From positions 14,074,001 to 14,138,000 of the forward strand of contig JBHGNT010000008.1 of the NCBI GenBank assembly GCA_043228905.1: a DNA stretch of 64,000 nucleotides, in the 5' to 3' direction. The stretch comes from Azolla caroliniana. Lineage: Eukaryota; Plantae; Polypodiophyta. Of this stretch, positions 47,793 through 61,100 are shown in pieces. Position numbers and translations under genes: made by a program. Position 1 is the stretch's first letter, and every line of letters begins with the position of its first letter. The notes under the pieces are model-generated. The model saw nothing but the letters and a program-made list of their open reading frames with translations. It searched no databases and was not told the origin of the DNA.

Positions 47793-47822
47793 TTTCTAGA
47801 ATGTTCTAGAACATTCTAGAAT
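47793..47822. promoter_or_regulatory. Six contiguous alternating HSE pentamers in the 5' LTR, upstream of TATA (47761-47768, minus strand)
   Basis: tTTCt aGAAt gTTCt aGAAc aTTCt aGAAt. Confidence 0.75.
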
Positions 47823-49108
47823 AATCTAGAGTTTTTACAATAATCGATGTAATACAAGAAGTAGCTTATATTATTTTATATAATAATAAGCTATCTTAAT
47901 GGTTGAGGTTTTCAAGTATGGATTACAAGGTTCGAGGTTCAAGTCCGGGTGACGCCATAATGGTCATGTGTTCATGACAGCAAGAGGTGTTGGTGATGAT
48001 TGTAATGATGATTTCGTTTTTAACAACGATATTGATTATGGTGATGTTAAAATTACTTTGTCTACAAGCATATGAATGGTAGCACTATTTGTTATAGAGT
48101 ATTGGTCTTCTCTAGCATTGATTTCAATTCGTAGGCCAATGTGAAATTCCCTAGCTCGCTTGAAATAATCACTGTTAACCCCTTCTTCGGGAGCAACACC
48201 TTCGATTGTCCTTTCGGAATTCAGATCAAGGGGTCGTGGTACGTGGCTTTGCAATTAGTCTCGTAACAAAATGATCAGCGTCACTTAGTCGCAAGACACG
48301 ATCTTAATTCAAGAATGAACTTCTAAGCATGATCGTAAACACAGAACAAAATAGACCCAAAATATATTTATATTACTCGTGGAGGAACAATGATACACGG
48401 CTCACGGTCGGAGTTACAAAAGTATGATTAGATGTTTCTAGTATCCTATTCTAGCAAGGGGGGGGGCTTCCTCTCTCCTCTTTTTCCACACTCTCCTTTC
48501 ATTTCTCCTTCACATTTTATAGCTTTTCCTTTACCCGCTTGTTGTGCTTCAGTCTTCCATCGTTTTCGGCTACACGTATTGCGGTTGCGTTGGTTTGGCT
48601 GTATGTTTCTGATTATGATTGCTTTCAACTACTTTGCCTACCTCCCTATTCGTTTCACACTTAATGTACAAAAATTGGCCCACGAACAACATCTGGCACG
48701 CCTATGGGATAGTGCCTTTGCACATCGAACCCACAAAAATGAACAAAATACAAAGAGTAATAAAATGGCTATGGTACGCTCAGTCTTCTATTAAAATGTT
48801 GAGGATGCCTTCGGAGGTTGGGAGCACGGTTGTTCCCGTCCATTGTAGCCACCGAGATAGCTGGTTCCGGCTCGTTCTTTGGGGTTTGCTCAGCCGAAAC
48901 ATCGAGCTTGTGGTCGATATCTGTCCGCGTTGCTGGTGAGGTGGGAGTTTCCCACTCTTGGTGTAGTTATGGTGCCTGCTTCGTTTCGTCTTCCTCGGTC
49001 TGGATCGGGAATGGTTTCCTGGAAAGCCCGTTCCATTTCCAGCATCAGTAACAATTGGTCATCATTGAATTCCTCGAGGATGCTTTTTATTGCCGTGGTG
49101 TGTTTTTG

Positions 49109-51590
49109 CTAAGGCTTGGAAGTCCTCGGTGAGGTCTTCTTGGACCATTTGTATACTATTTTCGTCCATTTTGTAGAAAGTGTGACCTTCTTTCTTTCAA
49201 TTCTCGGTGTCAGCCCGTAACACCTAGAGTTTGGCAGCTTGAGCTGACCATTCCTTCTAGCCGCTAGCGAGCGTCTCGTCGACCTTCCGGTTGATCTTCT
49301 GTTGTTGTTTAACCACCAGGGTGATGAGGCGTTCCTCACGAATGTCGTACTTAGCTTGGAGTGCGGCTGTCTCTCTTTTAGCTTCTTCCACCTCCCGTTG
49401 TAGTTTGACTTTGAGGATCTCGCATGACGTGTTGAGGGCAACGATCCTTGCCTCTGTTTTCGTCGTTAATTGGTCGAACTGGCGAAGGAGACGATCCATG
49501 CTATCGGCTGATTCCTTCAAATACTGCTCCATATGCTGTTGCCTTTCGACTTCCAACGTTGAGTTCATTTGATGTTCGTGAAGGGAGTCTGCCAGTTGGC
49601 ATCGCTCTTGCTCGGTTTGGTCCAATTTTTGCATGAACTGACTGGAGCGTACCTGTAATTCCGGAAGCTCCTTATTTAAAGATTGTGACTTGTGCGGCAA
49701 CGATGTCTTGGATAGACTTAATAGATGTTTCGGCGTTGTTTTTGGCCTCTTCGAGCTGGGCCGTCTAATCAAGGAGCATTTTCTGTAGTTTGGCTTCCCT
49801 CTTTGTGTTCTGCTCCTTTATCTTCTCAACCTCCCCTGTGGCCTACTCGTAGCATTCTTTGGCCTTGTCTGCAATTGCCTTGTGCCAGGTGATGTCTTCT
49901 ACATAGTTGCGAATGACCATGCTGATATCTTCCTTGGTCTGAGGGCTGGTTGGGTTGGTTTGAGTGGTTATATCGACCATGTCGATGCAACTTAGAAGTT
50001 CCGTTTGGGTCGACACTTCATGTAGGTTGGAAGTGGGAAGGAGCAGAGCGAGTGTTATGGTTTGACCCTTTGCTTGGAGCTATTGCTCGAGTTCGGTCCT
50101 CTGGTTCTCGGATGCCTGCCACAAGTATGTGGCGGTCTTTTCTTGCTACCACGCTAATTTACAGTTGGTGGCCATATCTTTTGTCGCGCGTGTTGCTTTG
50201 CCTGGTTCGTGATATGTTTCCACAAGTGCCGCATTCAATTCCGGAAGCTCAATGCGGGTGTGTCGTTTCTTCATGGCCTGTTTATGCCCCACCTTCTATA
50301 ATTTCGGCTCATCGTCTGAAGTTGGCTCATTATCCAATGCCCTTTCGATTACTTGTTGCTCGGCGTGGCCTTGGACCATGCGTGTCGGGGCAACGACTTG
50401 GAGATGAGCCAAGAAGTCGATGAGCTTCTAAGTTGTGTCATGGTGCAAAATGGCACCGAGCTCGAATGCCTCCCTGAGAAGATCCTTGAAGGTTAGTACT
50501 TCGTTTTCCAAGAATCACAATTGCTGGCCCTGCTCAATTGGTCTTTTGAGGGCCAGCATCATGTCTAGAACTACCGTGACGAATTTGTCTGGGATGACGA
50601 CTAGCTGCATATCTTTGATTGTGGATTTCGTTGTTGTTTGGTCATTGCTGCGGCGGTCCATTTGGCGGCGTTTTGCGGCCGGGCCCTTTGGAGTGGTACA
50701 TTCCTCACAACTTCTCTTCATTTAGGGGCTTGTTGAGATTCTGGACCAAGTTTGTGGCTTTCGGTCTGTTTGGCCGGTCTTGGCCTAGGCGTGGTGCGTG
50801 GCGAAGTGACTTTGGGCGCGGGGGTGATGGCCCTATCGTGGTGGCGGATCGTGATATTATCGATACTTTCCGTGGTTGTCTCCGCCTGTGTTGGAGTAGG
50901 TGTTGGGGTTGGAGTATTGTCGTTCCATTCTTCTTGCGGCAACTGCAAGGTTCGTTGTCGTTTGGGCTGGGTGGGGTGAGCGGGAAGCGCCAATGTTTGG
51001 CGTTGTGGCATCGGTGTTTGGGAAGGGTAAAGTACGGCTATGTACTGTGCCAATACCGGAAGGAAACACTTACATGACTGGAAGGAGGCCATCGCGGTGG
51101 AATTCGTTCCCCAGTGAGAGTACCCTAATCGATAGCTCGACCTCGATATGCGGTGATGATTAAGCCAGCTCTCTTCTTGGCTATGCTATATGCATTGGTG
51201 GTGATACATCCATACTCCAAAAGAAAATGAGCTAGATTTCCGAAGAATTCATTGGAACCTCCGTGCTTGCGATGGGTCTTTGCGGATGCGGAGTATTCTC
51301 CGAAATATTGCTCCAGAATGTATTGTGGTGGAGGTGTTGACATCGTGTTCACCCCCACGATTCAAGCTAAGCGTCGAGCGGATCTGATTGTTAGTGAGGA
51401 TGTGAGGATACACCCTCCTAGCTACTTCCTGCGATTCGGGGTGTGGAGCAATGTCGAGGACGCGGAGGTATCCTCCCAAGCCATGCCTGCTGAGCCAAGT
51501 GCAGATTTCGGTGGATACTTCGATCTTCATGGTTGTATCCAAAAGACAAGAAGGTGAGCAAGGATGGGATTGGGGAGACAGAGATCCCAA
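49109..51590 (-). pseudogene. Extra (post-pol) ORF: globular N-terminus, Pro/Thr-rich linker, coiled-coil C-terminus
   Basis: Same-strand fragments 51249-51590, 51125-51358, 50718-51092, 50515-50721 and 49257-49772 (heptad-rich). Confidence 0.55.
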
Positions 51591-52605
51591 GTGCGCTTGG
51601 GTGTAAGGGGTTTGGGAGTGAGAGGGAGTTTGAGCAGAAGATGAGAGAGCTTGGGTGTCCTTGCAAAAGTGAGAGTTTTGTCTATCTATGCTCCTCTTAT
51701 AACTATGCCTCGATTCTTGAGTCGTCGCCCATGCCCTAAATTCCGAATCTTCCTTGCCATACTAGGAGTTAAGGACCACGCGTCGTGTGAACCGTTAGTA
51801 CTTTCTTTTTTCGTATGGCGTGCATGGTCTTTAAATAGTGAGTGGGTCTCTTTTTTTTTCTTTTTTTTCTTTTTCATAACTAAGTAGGTAGGAATTTACC
51901 GTTGTCGAGGTTTTCCTCGCGGATGCGTGGAATGAGGTGGGACCTCGGGGGTCCTGTACCAAAGAGCAAGAGAGAAAGGAGAAGATGCCCACTACGTGCG
52001 AGAGTAGATTCACAGGGACACGGCCCTTCGACACAAAGACGCGAGTGGGACAGCGACACAGGGAGACACAAACGTATGTATGTATTAACAAAGACAAACA
52101 ACACAACACAGAGTCGGTTACAACCGAACAGGCCGGCGAACAGATGCCGATACCTGTTCGTAAACGCACAGAAAGGAAGGAGTTGGTTGGAGGTGCTGCC
52201 GGAAGCACTCGGGCATTCCTTAGAGCAGCACGAGCCTCCCGAAACCTGCATAGAAGGAAGCTATGGCGTTTGCGAACCAGAGAGAGAGAGAGAGAGAGAA
52301 GCCTTCGACCCCGAACCGACAACACTTCCTCCTCGACTCTCTGCGATCCCTTCGCCCCTCCTCGTCTCCCTCCTTTTATAGGCAAGGAAGGAGCCGTTTC
52401 CCCTTTACTTCCTACCTACCGAATCTGCCTGCCTAGGATCTCCTATGTACAACATAAGGTGCACGTGCATGAAGAGCCGGTTCCTACGCTCCGATGCACC
52501 GATTCTGCTTGTGGACGGTTTTCTTCACGACATCCGCCCCCACCTAACCGCGCATCCACCGGCATGCGCCAAATTGAGTAGGGACGGAGAAAACTGGTCC
52601 AACCT

Positions 52606-55600
52606 TTATTCCCCGCCCGTCGGTTCTTCTTCGGTTTCGGATCGTTCGTCGTCCCGGTCCAGGTTATCCGGATCCGGCTCGTCGTCGTGACGCTTCTTGA
52701 ACGCTTTGATCCGCTTCCCAGCTACCGATATCGCCATTCTCGTGCCGTCGAGTTCCGCCAGATGGTACGTCCCGTTGTCGTTGGCGCTTTGTACCACGTA
52801 AGGCCCGAACCACCTTCTTGCGAACTTCCGTGTCGCTCGGTGTTGGTTGTCGAGGCTGCTGTCGTAGACTATCACCCAGTCGCCTTCCTCGATCCTCTTT
52901 GGTCGGAGCCGGTGCGTCCGGTCAAACCGGGCTTTGTTCCTCGTCCTGGCCACCCGAAGCCTTTCCGCAACCTGCTCCACGTCCTCCGGTGTTCGCTCGA
53001 GCTGTCATATGCGCGTCGTCAACAGTTCCTCCTGGCTCATCTCGTCTCTCCAGTCCACGGTTGCCCATGAGGAGATCGTACGTTCCATCGGCATGATCGG
53101 CTTCTGCCCAAACATGAGTTCTGCCGGCATGAATCCGGTGACCGAACTGTGCGTAGTTCGGTCAACCCACAACGCGTAAGGCAGCAGCCGTGGCCAGTTC
53201 CCGACTTGCCCTCCGCATGCCCGAACTAATGCCTTGACGATCGGTCCGTGTCCGCGCTCCACCTTCCCATTCGCCTCCGGATTGTACGCAGTGGTAAGCG
53301 AGAGCTTGACTCCTAGCCGGTCGAACAACTCCTCGGCCTCTTCAGCGTCCAACTCCCCGCGATCAGCCACGATCTTCCCGACGCACCCGTACTGGCATAT
53401 CACGTCCTCGATCAGGAACCAACATACGGCCGCGGTTGTTTTGTTCTGAAGGGCTCGGCCTTCCACCTGGTTCGTCAGATCTTCCCGAGCCAGGACCAGA
53501 TACCGCATCTGTCCTACGCCCATCGGCATCGTCACCAGATCTACCATCCATTTGAAGTGGACGGTCGGAGGGTACGTAGGGTGAAGCTCGTCTCGATGCC
53601 GAACTATGGAGTGCATCTGGCAGCTCTCGCAAGTTGCCACGAACCGATGCACGTCCCGGTACAGTCCCGGCCACCAGTACTTCCCCTTTATCTTCTCGAA
53701 CGTGGCCCATGTTCCACGGTGACCAGCCCAAGGGCTGTCGTGGTAAGCCGTTAGCAGCTCCTCCTGTTCTTCCTTCATCGTCACCACCCGGAGCGGGATG
53801 CCGTTCCTCTTCTTCGGGTGCTTCCATAAGTATCCGTCCCGGAGAAAGAATCGGTAAGCTTTCTTCCGGACCCGGTTAGCTTCGTCCTTCGTCCATGACG
53901 CATCCGGCGTCATTGTCCTCAGAAACCCACCGATCTGCAGCCACTCGCCGTCGTACTTGCTCTCATCGAAGCCGTTAAGTGCCGGAGTGCTCGCCCCATC
54001 GGTCGTCACGTACGCTGCCTCGAAGAAGTCCACGCCGACTTCTTCGTCCTCCGAAACCATGCCGCCCTCGTCATCAAACCTCGCCCTCGAAAGCATGTCG
54101 GCCATGGCGTTGTCTTTTCCGGAAATATGTCGTATTTCCGGGTCCAGGGACTTGATGTACGCTATCCACCTGAGCATCGCCAGGTCCGGTGTCGCGCTTC
54201 CGGAAACCATGCCGAGAATTGGTAGGCAATCTGTCTCGACAATCACTTCCATCCCGATCAGGTAGTCTTTGTCGGCCTTTACTGCCGAAATGATACCCCA
54301 GAGTTCACGTTTAACCTGGGCATCCTCGTCTTCTCGGTTGACGACCCATCGGATCCCGGTCGGACTCGTATCCACCGTTATGTATACCGGGGTACCCTTC
54401 TCGTAGACAGCCTTCCGGAGCGCCGGTGCTGCCGCAAGAGCTTCCTTAAGCTTCCGGACCGACTCTGTGTGCTCGTCTCGCCACTCGAATTTTCGCCCTT
54501 TCTTCAGCAACCCGTATAACGGCTCCGCAACGTGGGCGTAATGCGGGATCCATATGTGGTAGAATGCGCATGCCCCCAGGAACCTCCGAACTTCCGTAAC
54601 CGAGCTACAATCGATCTTCATCGCGGAAATGGCTTCTACCTTTGCCGGAGACGGCTTCCGGCCATATGGTCCACATAGGTGTCCGACCACCAGGATTTCC
54701 GATTGCCCAAAGGCCGATTTCTCCCCGGAGAAGGTGAGCCTCGCATCCTCTAGCCTTTGTAGCACTTTCTCGCAGTCGTCGATGTGTGTTGCAACGAATC
54801 GCCGGCATCCGTCCGGTCCGAGTGTTGCGTCCCTCTCTTCTACCGGGCACCCCTTGATCGGAATGTCGTCTAGAAATGGCATGGTGATGTCCGGGATGCA
54901 ATCCCTCAGTACCTTGTTCATTGCATTCACCATGTGGGCCACCGAGTTGGTCCCTCCTTGTGGCAGGGTACACATTCGTACTAGGCCGAGGGGAGTTCGC
55001 ATCGTCGTAATGTCTCTGCTCTCCACGGCTAGCTGGAACTGGTCGTACCCCGAGTACAGATCACCGACCGAGTAAATCGACCTTCCGGCGAAAGCCTCCG
55101 CGAACTCGTCTATGGTCGTTCCGATCCCTGCGTTCCGAATGGTCACTCTGTTGACCGGCTGCAGGTCTTGAATGAAGCGCAATGATCCGTTTTTCTTTGG
55201 TACGGTAAACCATTGGTTCGAGTATGGCGCGCTCGACGGTTCGAGAATACCCATATCGACTTTCTGCCTCAATAGCTCCATCAACTCCGGGATGTGAGCT
55301 CTTGGTACCGGAATCGACTTGAGATTCCACGGCACATGCGGTACCGTGAATATCACCATCGGCTCCACGATTGTCGGGTCTACGCACTCGATCTCTTCCG
55401 GCGAAAATGCGAAGGCTTTCCCGTGCCTTTCGAGCATTCTCCGAAACCGGTCTTCCTCCGCCGGCAGTAGGAACCCGCCCCCACCGATCTTGAGCTCCCG
55501 GAGTGTCCCGTCGGTGAAGGTGTGTCCTATGCAGGCCGGATCTCGTAAACTGGGGTCCGACGCAACCCCTCTGATTCGGGACTCGTTGCCCTCCGGCAAG

Positions 55601-58110
55601 GGTGCCGCGATTGGCCTTACCTTCCAGTCCACAGTCTTGTACTTCGTGCTATCTCGGGCCGTCCGATCCGACCCGAGCCCCCGACTGAAGTTCGCGATGA
55701 CTTCGTACATCTCTTCGGAACATACCGGTATCGTCCGGTCCTCGCTAAGGCCTTCTCTGGCTACCTTCCTCAGCATTCCCAAGGTGTCGTCGAAGGAGAC
55801 CGCCTCCACGGCTCCGCTGATTTCCTCGTCCGGGCTGAGAACTCCGCACGCTCGAAGTCGCACTTCCGCCCTTGTCCTTTCTCGGTCGACGATGCCGACT
55901 ACCATACACCCTCCGTTGTTGGAGAAGCAAAATTTTCCACCTATCGTACAGTCGTGGGGTCTTTTCCGAGTGTCCGGGCTGTCTCGGCCCCACACCTTGG
56001 TAGCCCTCTCTAAAAATCCTCCCGGTTCTCGCCACCAAGGGATTCGTGGTTTCTCTCGTGGTTCGGCCGCACCGTCAGAAATTGGACCGAATGGCGCCCG
56101 TCCTGGCTTTTGACCCTCGCGTAGGCCGAACCGTTGTCTAGCACCTTGGTTTCCATCCGCGCCGCCGTGATGTATGGTTCACCTAATATGACCGGGTGCG
56201 AGGACGTCTCCTGTACGAAGAAGTGCTGGTCAATCTCGACGTCGCCGATCTTGACTCGCACGTTCGGGCAGGCCCCATGCAGTTCCTCGGTGGCGCGCGT
56301 CGCCGCCCATATCTTCCACTCATGCTTGGTGTTGATCGGCCACTTCCCCTTCTTATAGAAGTCCATGGACATCAGGTTTATTTCCGAACAGTGGTCCACC
56401 AACGCCACCACCGGTTCCTGAACATCTCCGATCTTTACCGGGGTCTCCGTGGTCGCTCGGGCCCAGTGTGGCCTCGAATAATGGCTCTCCGCCCATTCAT
56501 CTGCCAGCGCCGAGTCGTCGATGTGCGTCGTCCGCACCTCTACCGGTCTTTCCGGTTCCGTCTCCGTCGACAGCCTCTTCCGTTTCACCAAGTCTACAAT
56601 GGAGTCGTGGAACTCCTTCTTGGCGATCCCTAGCACCTCCCGCAATGACAACTCCACTTTGCTGTCGAGGATCCGTTCTTCTAGGACCTTTCGTAGGTCC
56701 GTAGTCCTTTCTATTTCCGTCCCCAATCGGTATCCGCCCTTCCTGGGGTTATCTTGCGAGCTGGACCCACCGGCATCGTTCCGTCGTTGCCCGAATCGGG
56801 TCTCGTACCGTTGTGAGGGCCCGGCCTTCAACCAGAGCCTCGTAGTTTCGGCAGGCGGCTTCTACAAAGCCCGTCTTCTCCTCGACTGGATCGCTCCACC
56901 CGGTTATTTCCCGGACCCGTCTCTCAGCGTGGTCCGTTTCATCTTTCCTTAGCCGTGCGCCGGCAAGACCTTCCAGCATTGCCGACCAGAATCCGTCTTT
57001 GCCCTCCTTTCGGGCCTCGCTGCCCCCGACCCGAATGCCGGCCGACGGCGAGTAGTGGATGGCCTCCACGTGTCGGGCCGCTGCCTCTTCCATCAGTCTC
57101 TTCATTCCTCCTCGCCCTTCATTTCGGTTCAGGGCCCTCCTGGTGTCGCCGGCGTGCACCCGGCCTTCCCACAGGTACACCACCCGGTTCCTCAACGCTT
57201 CTGCGAAATCGCCGCAATCCTTCCAGATGTGGCCGACCTCGTCGCACCACATGCACCTGTTCCCTGCTGCCGGCCGTCGGTCACGAGCCGGTTCGCCGCC
57301 TTCCCTTCGAGTCTGGGCGATCTGGAGATCCTTTATCGCCCGCGTCAACTCCTCCAGCGCTGCTCCTCCGGACGAGCCATTGACCATGCCGGTCGAAGCC
57401 GGACCGGTTTCGAGCCATTCCCGGGTCTCTTCCCTTCGCACTTGCGGTGCCAGTTCAAGCCTCCTTGCTGTGACAGAGCCCGCACCGGCCGCCCCGTTGT
57501 TAGGCCATTCTCGCCGTTTATCGAAACGGCCACAGACTCTCTTAACCGCAACCTAGTTGGTTGTCAGCCCGTCCTCGGTTTCCAGCAAGGAGCCGACTTG
57601 GTCCCGGTCCCGCTCGTCCACCGACTTGACGAACAGTAGGACCCGGCTCGTATCCAGAACGGTTCGGTCAAGCGCCGAAAGGCGCGCAAAGCGTTCTTCG
57701 AACTCCCGGAGGAGTGCCGTCGCGTTTCTTCCCTTGCCGGGGAACTCCACTCATTCCATGAAGTCCCGTTTCGAAAGCCGGAGCGCGTCATCCAGCCCGT
57801 ATTTTTCTAGAAGTCGGCCTTCGAACTCCTCCCAGGTACGGCTCTCCGCCCGCACCTCGAGCACCTCCGCATGGATGCTCGGCATTGCCACTCGAGGAAA
57901 CCCAGCAAGACGCCTCTCTTCCGGAATGTCCCGCATCAGCATTTCTGCCCCGTAGGACGCCAAATACTTCGTGGCATCCTTTCCGCTGAACTGGCCAATC
58001 GTACCGACGACCGCCTCAATGGCTCTGTCGAGGGCGCCGGTGCCCTCGCGTGCACTCAATATCCGATCCACGGCCGAAGCCATGGCCTCTGCAAGATCCG
58101 ACCCTTTCAT
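52606..58110 (-). pseudogene. gag-pol of gypsy 51903-58788
   Basis: Fragments 57751-58110, 57553-57750, 56749-57441 (CMWCDEVGH..DC), 56010-56831, 53005-55995 and 52606-52980. Confidence 0.9.
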
Positions 58111-58132
58111 CTTCTGCTCTTCTGCCGCCTCC

Positions 58133-58150
58133 TTCACGTCGGGTTCACCA
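58133..58150 (-). promoter_or_regulatory. PBS complementary to tRNA-Trp
   Basis: TGGTGAACCCGACGTGAA; the plus strand ttcacgtcgggttcacca equals the 3' end of plant tRNA-Trp plus CCA (recalled, not searched). Confidence 0.8.
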
Positions 58151-61100
58151 AAGATGTCGAGGTTTTCCTCGCGGATGCGTGGAATGAGGCGGGACCTCGG
58201 GGGTCCTGTACCAAAGAGCAAGAGAGAAAGGAGAAGATGCCCACTACGTGCAAGAGTAGATTCACAGGGACACGGCCCTTCGACACAAAGACGCGAGTGG
58301 GACAGCGACACAGGGAGACACAAACGTATGTATGTATTAACAAAGACAAACAACACAACACGGAGTCGGTTACAACCGAACAGGCCAGCGAACAGATGCC
58401 GATACATGTTCGTAAACACACAGAAAGGAAGGAGTTGGTTGGAGGTGCTGCCAGAAGCACTCGGGCATTCCTCAGAGCAGCGCGAGCCTCCCGAAACCTG
58501 CACAGAAGGAAGCTATGGCGTTTGCGAACTAGAGAGAGAGAGAGAGAGAGAGAGAAGCCTTCGCCCCCGAACCGACAACACTTCCTCGTCGACTCTCTGC
58601 GATCCCTTCGCCCCTCCTCGTCTCCCTCCTTTTATAGGCAAGGAAGGAGCCGTTTCCCCTTTACTTCCTACCTACCGAATATGCCTGCCTAGGATCTCCT
58701 ATGTACAACATAAGGCGCACGTGCATGAAGAGCCGGTTCCTACGCTCCGGTGCACCGATTCCGCTTGTGGACTGTTTTCTTCACGACACCGTGATTGGGG
58801 CATGCTGCCCCCGATATTCTCAGTTTCACCTACCATTGGCTGGTCCTGGCCGTGCTCGTGTTTGGCAAAGGGGTTCATTGGTGTTGGTCTGCAGTATGGT
58901 TTCAACCGAAATCCGTTGACCCAATTCTTCAATGTCTCCCCGGCCAGTGTGCCGAGATGGAACGTGCCGTTGAAAGTTTCAATAATCCAAAATGGTTCCG
59001 TCCACCGAAACCGAAGTTTTCCCGACATTACCCCTAGCCGTGTTTGGAACACTAGGACTGGTTGGCCGATTTCGAAAGATTTTTTGGAAACACGATGATG
59101 TCGATCTACGAAAGCTTTCCGTCTCCGTTGACCACGTTTTAATTGGGCAAAACTGGCGATGCGTTCCTCCCCGAGTAGAGTAGTTTTTCCAGTCGTTATC
59201 GTTCTGACTCGAATTTGGACAATCATTCGGTTATTTGCACCCGAAGACTTGGAACTTGGAACTTGATCGGCATCATTGCTTCCAGGCCAAAAGCCAATCG
59301 AAAGTGTGTGGACCCGATGCTCGTTTTGAATGTAGTGCGGTAAGCCCACATTGTGTTGTGTAATGTGTCGTCCCAATCCGTTTGATGCTCGTTCACGATT
59401 TTCTTGAGAATGGTCTATAGTCTTTTGTTCGTGGACTCGGCCAGCCCGTTGGCTTGGGGATAGTAGGGAGTGCTTTTCTTGTCAACCACTGCGTAATGGG
59501 AGGTTAAATTGTGAATAAGCCGATTGATAAAGTTTCCTCCTTGATCGCTCACCAATTCGATTGGGCATCTAAAATGACACCACAAATATTCATACATGAA
59601 TTTAGCTGTTGATGCGGTCGTGTTGTCGCAGAGTGCTTTCACTTCGACCCATTTTGTGTAGCAATCGGTCACCACGATTATATACTTGTTACCTGTACAC
59701 GATGCGGGTGGTTTGAATGGGCCTACGAAATCCAATCCCCATTTCTGGAAGGGTTCCAAAGGGAGGATTAGTTTGTGTGGCATTCGGTCTTGTTTGTTGG
59801 GTTGACCCATGAGCTGACAAAGATCACATTGTTTACAAAATTCGTGGGCATCTTTTTTCGTGGTAGGCCACCATAGCCCACTTTGCCAAATTTTCTGAGT
59901 TGTGGCTTCCCCTGCATAGTGACAACCAGCAATGCCGTGGTGGGCTTCGCGTAGAACTGCATCTTTCTCGAATTCTCGTACCATGTGTCTCCAAATGTCC
60001 TCCGAGCCTTTATTATATAGAGTGCCCATAAACAAGCAAAATTTCCGACTTCTGACCGCCAATTGTTTCTTGGCGTCTAGCATTAGATGCTCGAGTGGGA
60101 GGCAAATGCTTAGGAAATGTGTCATGTCCGTAATCCATGTGTCTTCGTGATTAGCAGGTAGGGTTGTAGTATCAAGGGTGAACAAGCTAGCGTCAGGTAA
60201 GTCATCATATTCCATTTCGGTTGGTTTCCCAAATTCGAGACAACTAAGGTAATCCGCTACCGCATGTTGCACCCTTAGTCGATGTTGGATGTCGAAGTAG
60301 AATTCTTGAAGAAGGAGCATTCATCATGCTAATCGACCGGCCAGGGCCTGTTTGCTAACCAAGTACAGAAGTGCCGAATGATCTAAGTGTAAAGTGAACT
60401 TCCGACCGAGCAAATAATGGAGAAATTTCGTGATATTGTAGATCATGCCGAGGGCTTCTCATTCCGTGGTAGAGTAGTTCTTTTCGGCCGTGGAGAGTTG
60501 TCGGCTAGCGTAGTATACAAGATGATACCAATTTAGAGGTGTTTTTTGCATTAGTGCGCTTCCAATGGCGATGTCGGAAGCGTCCACAAACATGTGGAAA
60601 GGTTGCGACCAATTTGGTGGTTGTACAACTGGGGCGTGTGAGAGCATCATCACTTTGAGGGAACGGTAAGCTTTGTCTTCCCGTTCCGTCCATTGAAATG
60701 GAATCGTGTGCACTACGTCGTGCAGAGGCATTGCCAAATCGGCCAGGTAGCGGAGCATGCGGCTATGCTACCGAATCTGTCCCAGAAAGCGGCTAAGAGT
60801 TTTCGCCGTGGCTGAGGCTAGAACATTCAGGATAGCTTGCACCTTGTCAGAATCCATGGCTATGCCATCACAACTAACAATGTGACCGAGCAAGGTGCCG
60901 CTTGTTACGTAGAAAGCGCATTTCGTCGGATTTACACTGAGTCGTGCTTGTTGGCATCAATTGAGACACCGACATAAATATTCGAGGTGCTCGATTTGTT
61001 GTCCATATACGACAAAATCATCGAGGAAAACTTGCATGAACATTGAGATATAGTCCTCAAATTTTTTGGCAATGATGCGTTGGAATGTGGCTTGTTCCAT

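Larger units (their letters stand above)
42213..47979 (-). mobile_element. Ty3/gypsy chromovirus (Tcn1/Tf1-like), full length, frameshifted
   Basis: LTRs 42213-42656 and 47572-47979; TSD GCAAG. Gag (PAKFDG..FLNQ, CLYCGGPGH), PR LLDTGA, RT YLDD, RNase H, INT (SMDFITDLP, TDGQTER), chromodomain YEVAAILDSK..YYLVDWLGY..TWEP. Confidence 0.96.
51903..58788 (-). mobile_element. Ty3/gypsy LTR retrotransposon, full length, related to the 8188-12487 element
   Basis: LTRs 51903-52532 and 58155-58788; TSD CCGT; PPT ggtgggggcgga. Gag from ~58110, PR VALVDHCSEIN, RT PFLDD, RNase H, INT; several frameshifts and stops. Confidence 0.95.

Noticed and set aside
57871-59098. Long plus-strand ORFs (273 and 375 aa)
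   Set aside because: They run antisense across gag, the LTR and the flanking element junction in GC-rich DNA, with no recognisable domain.
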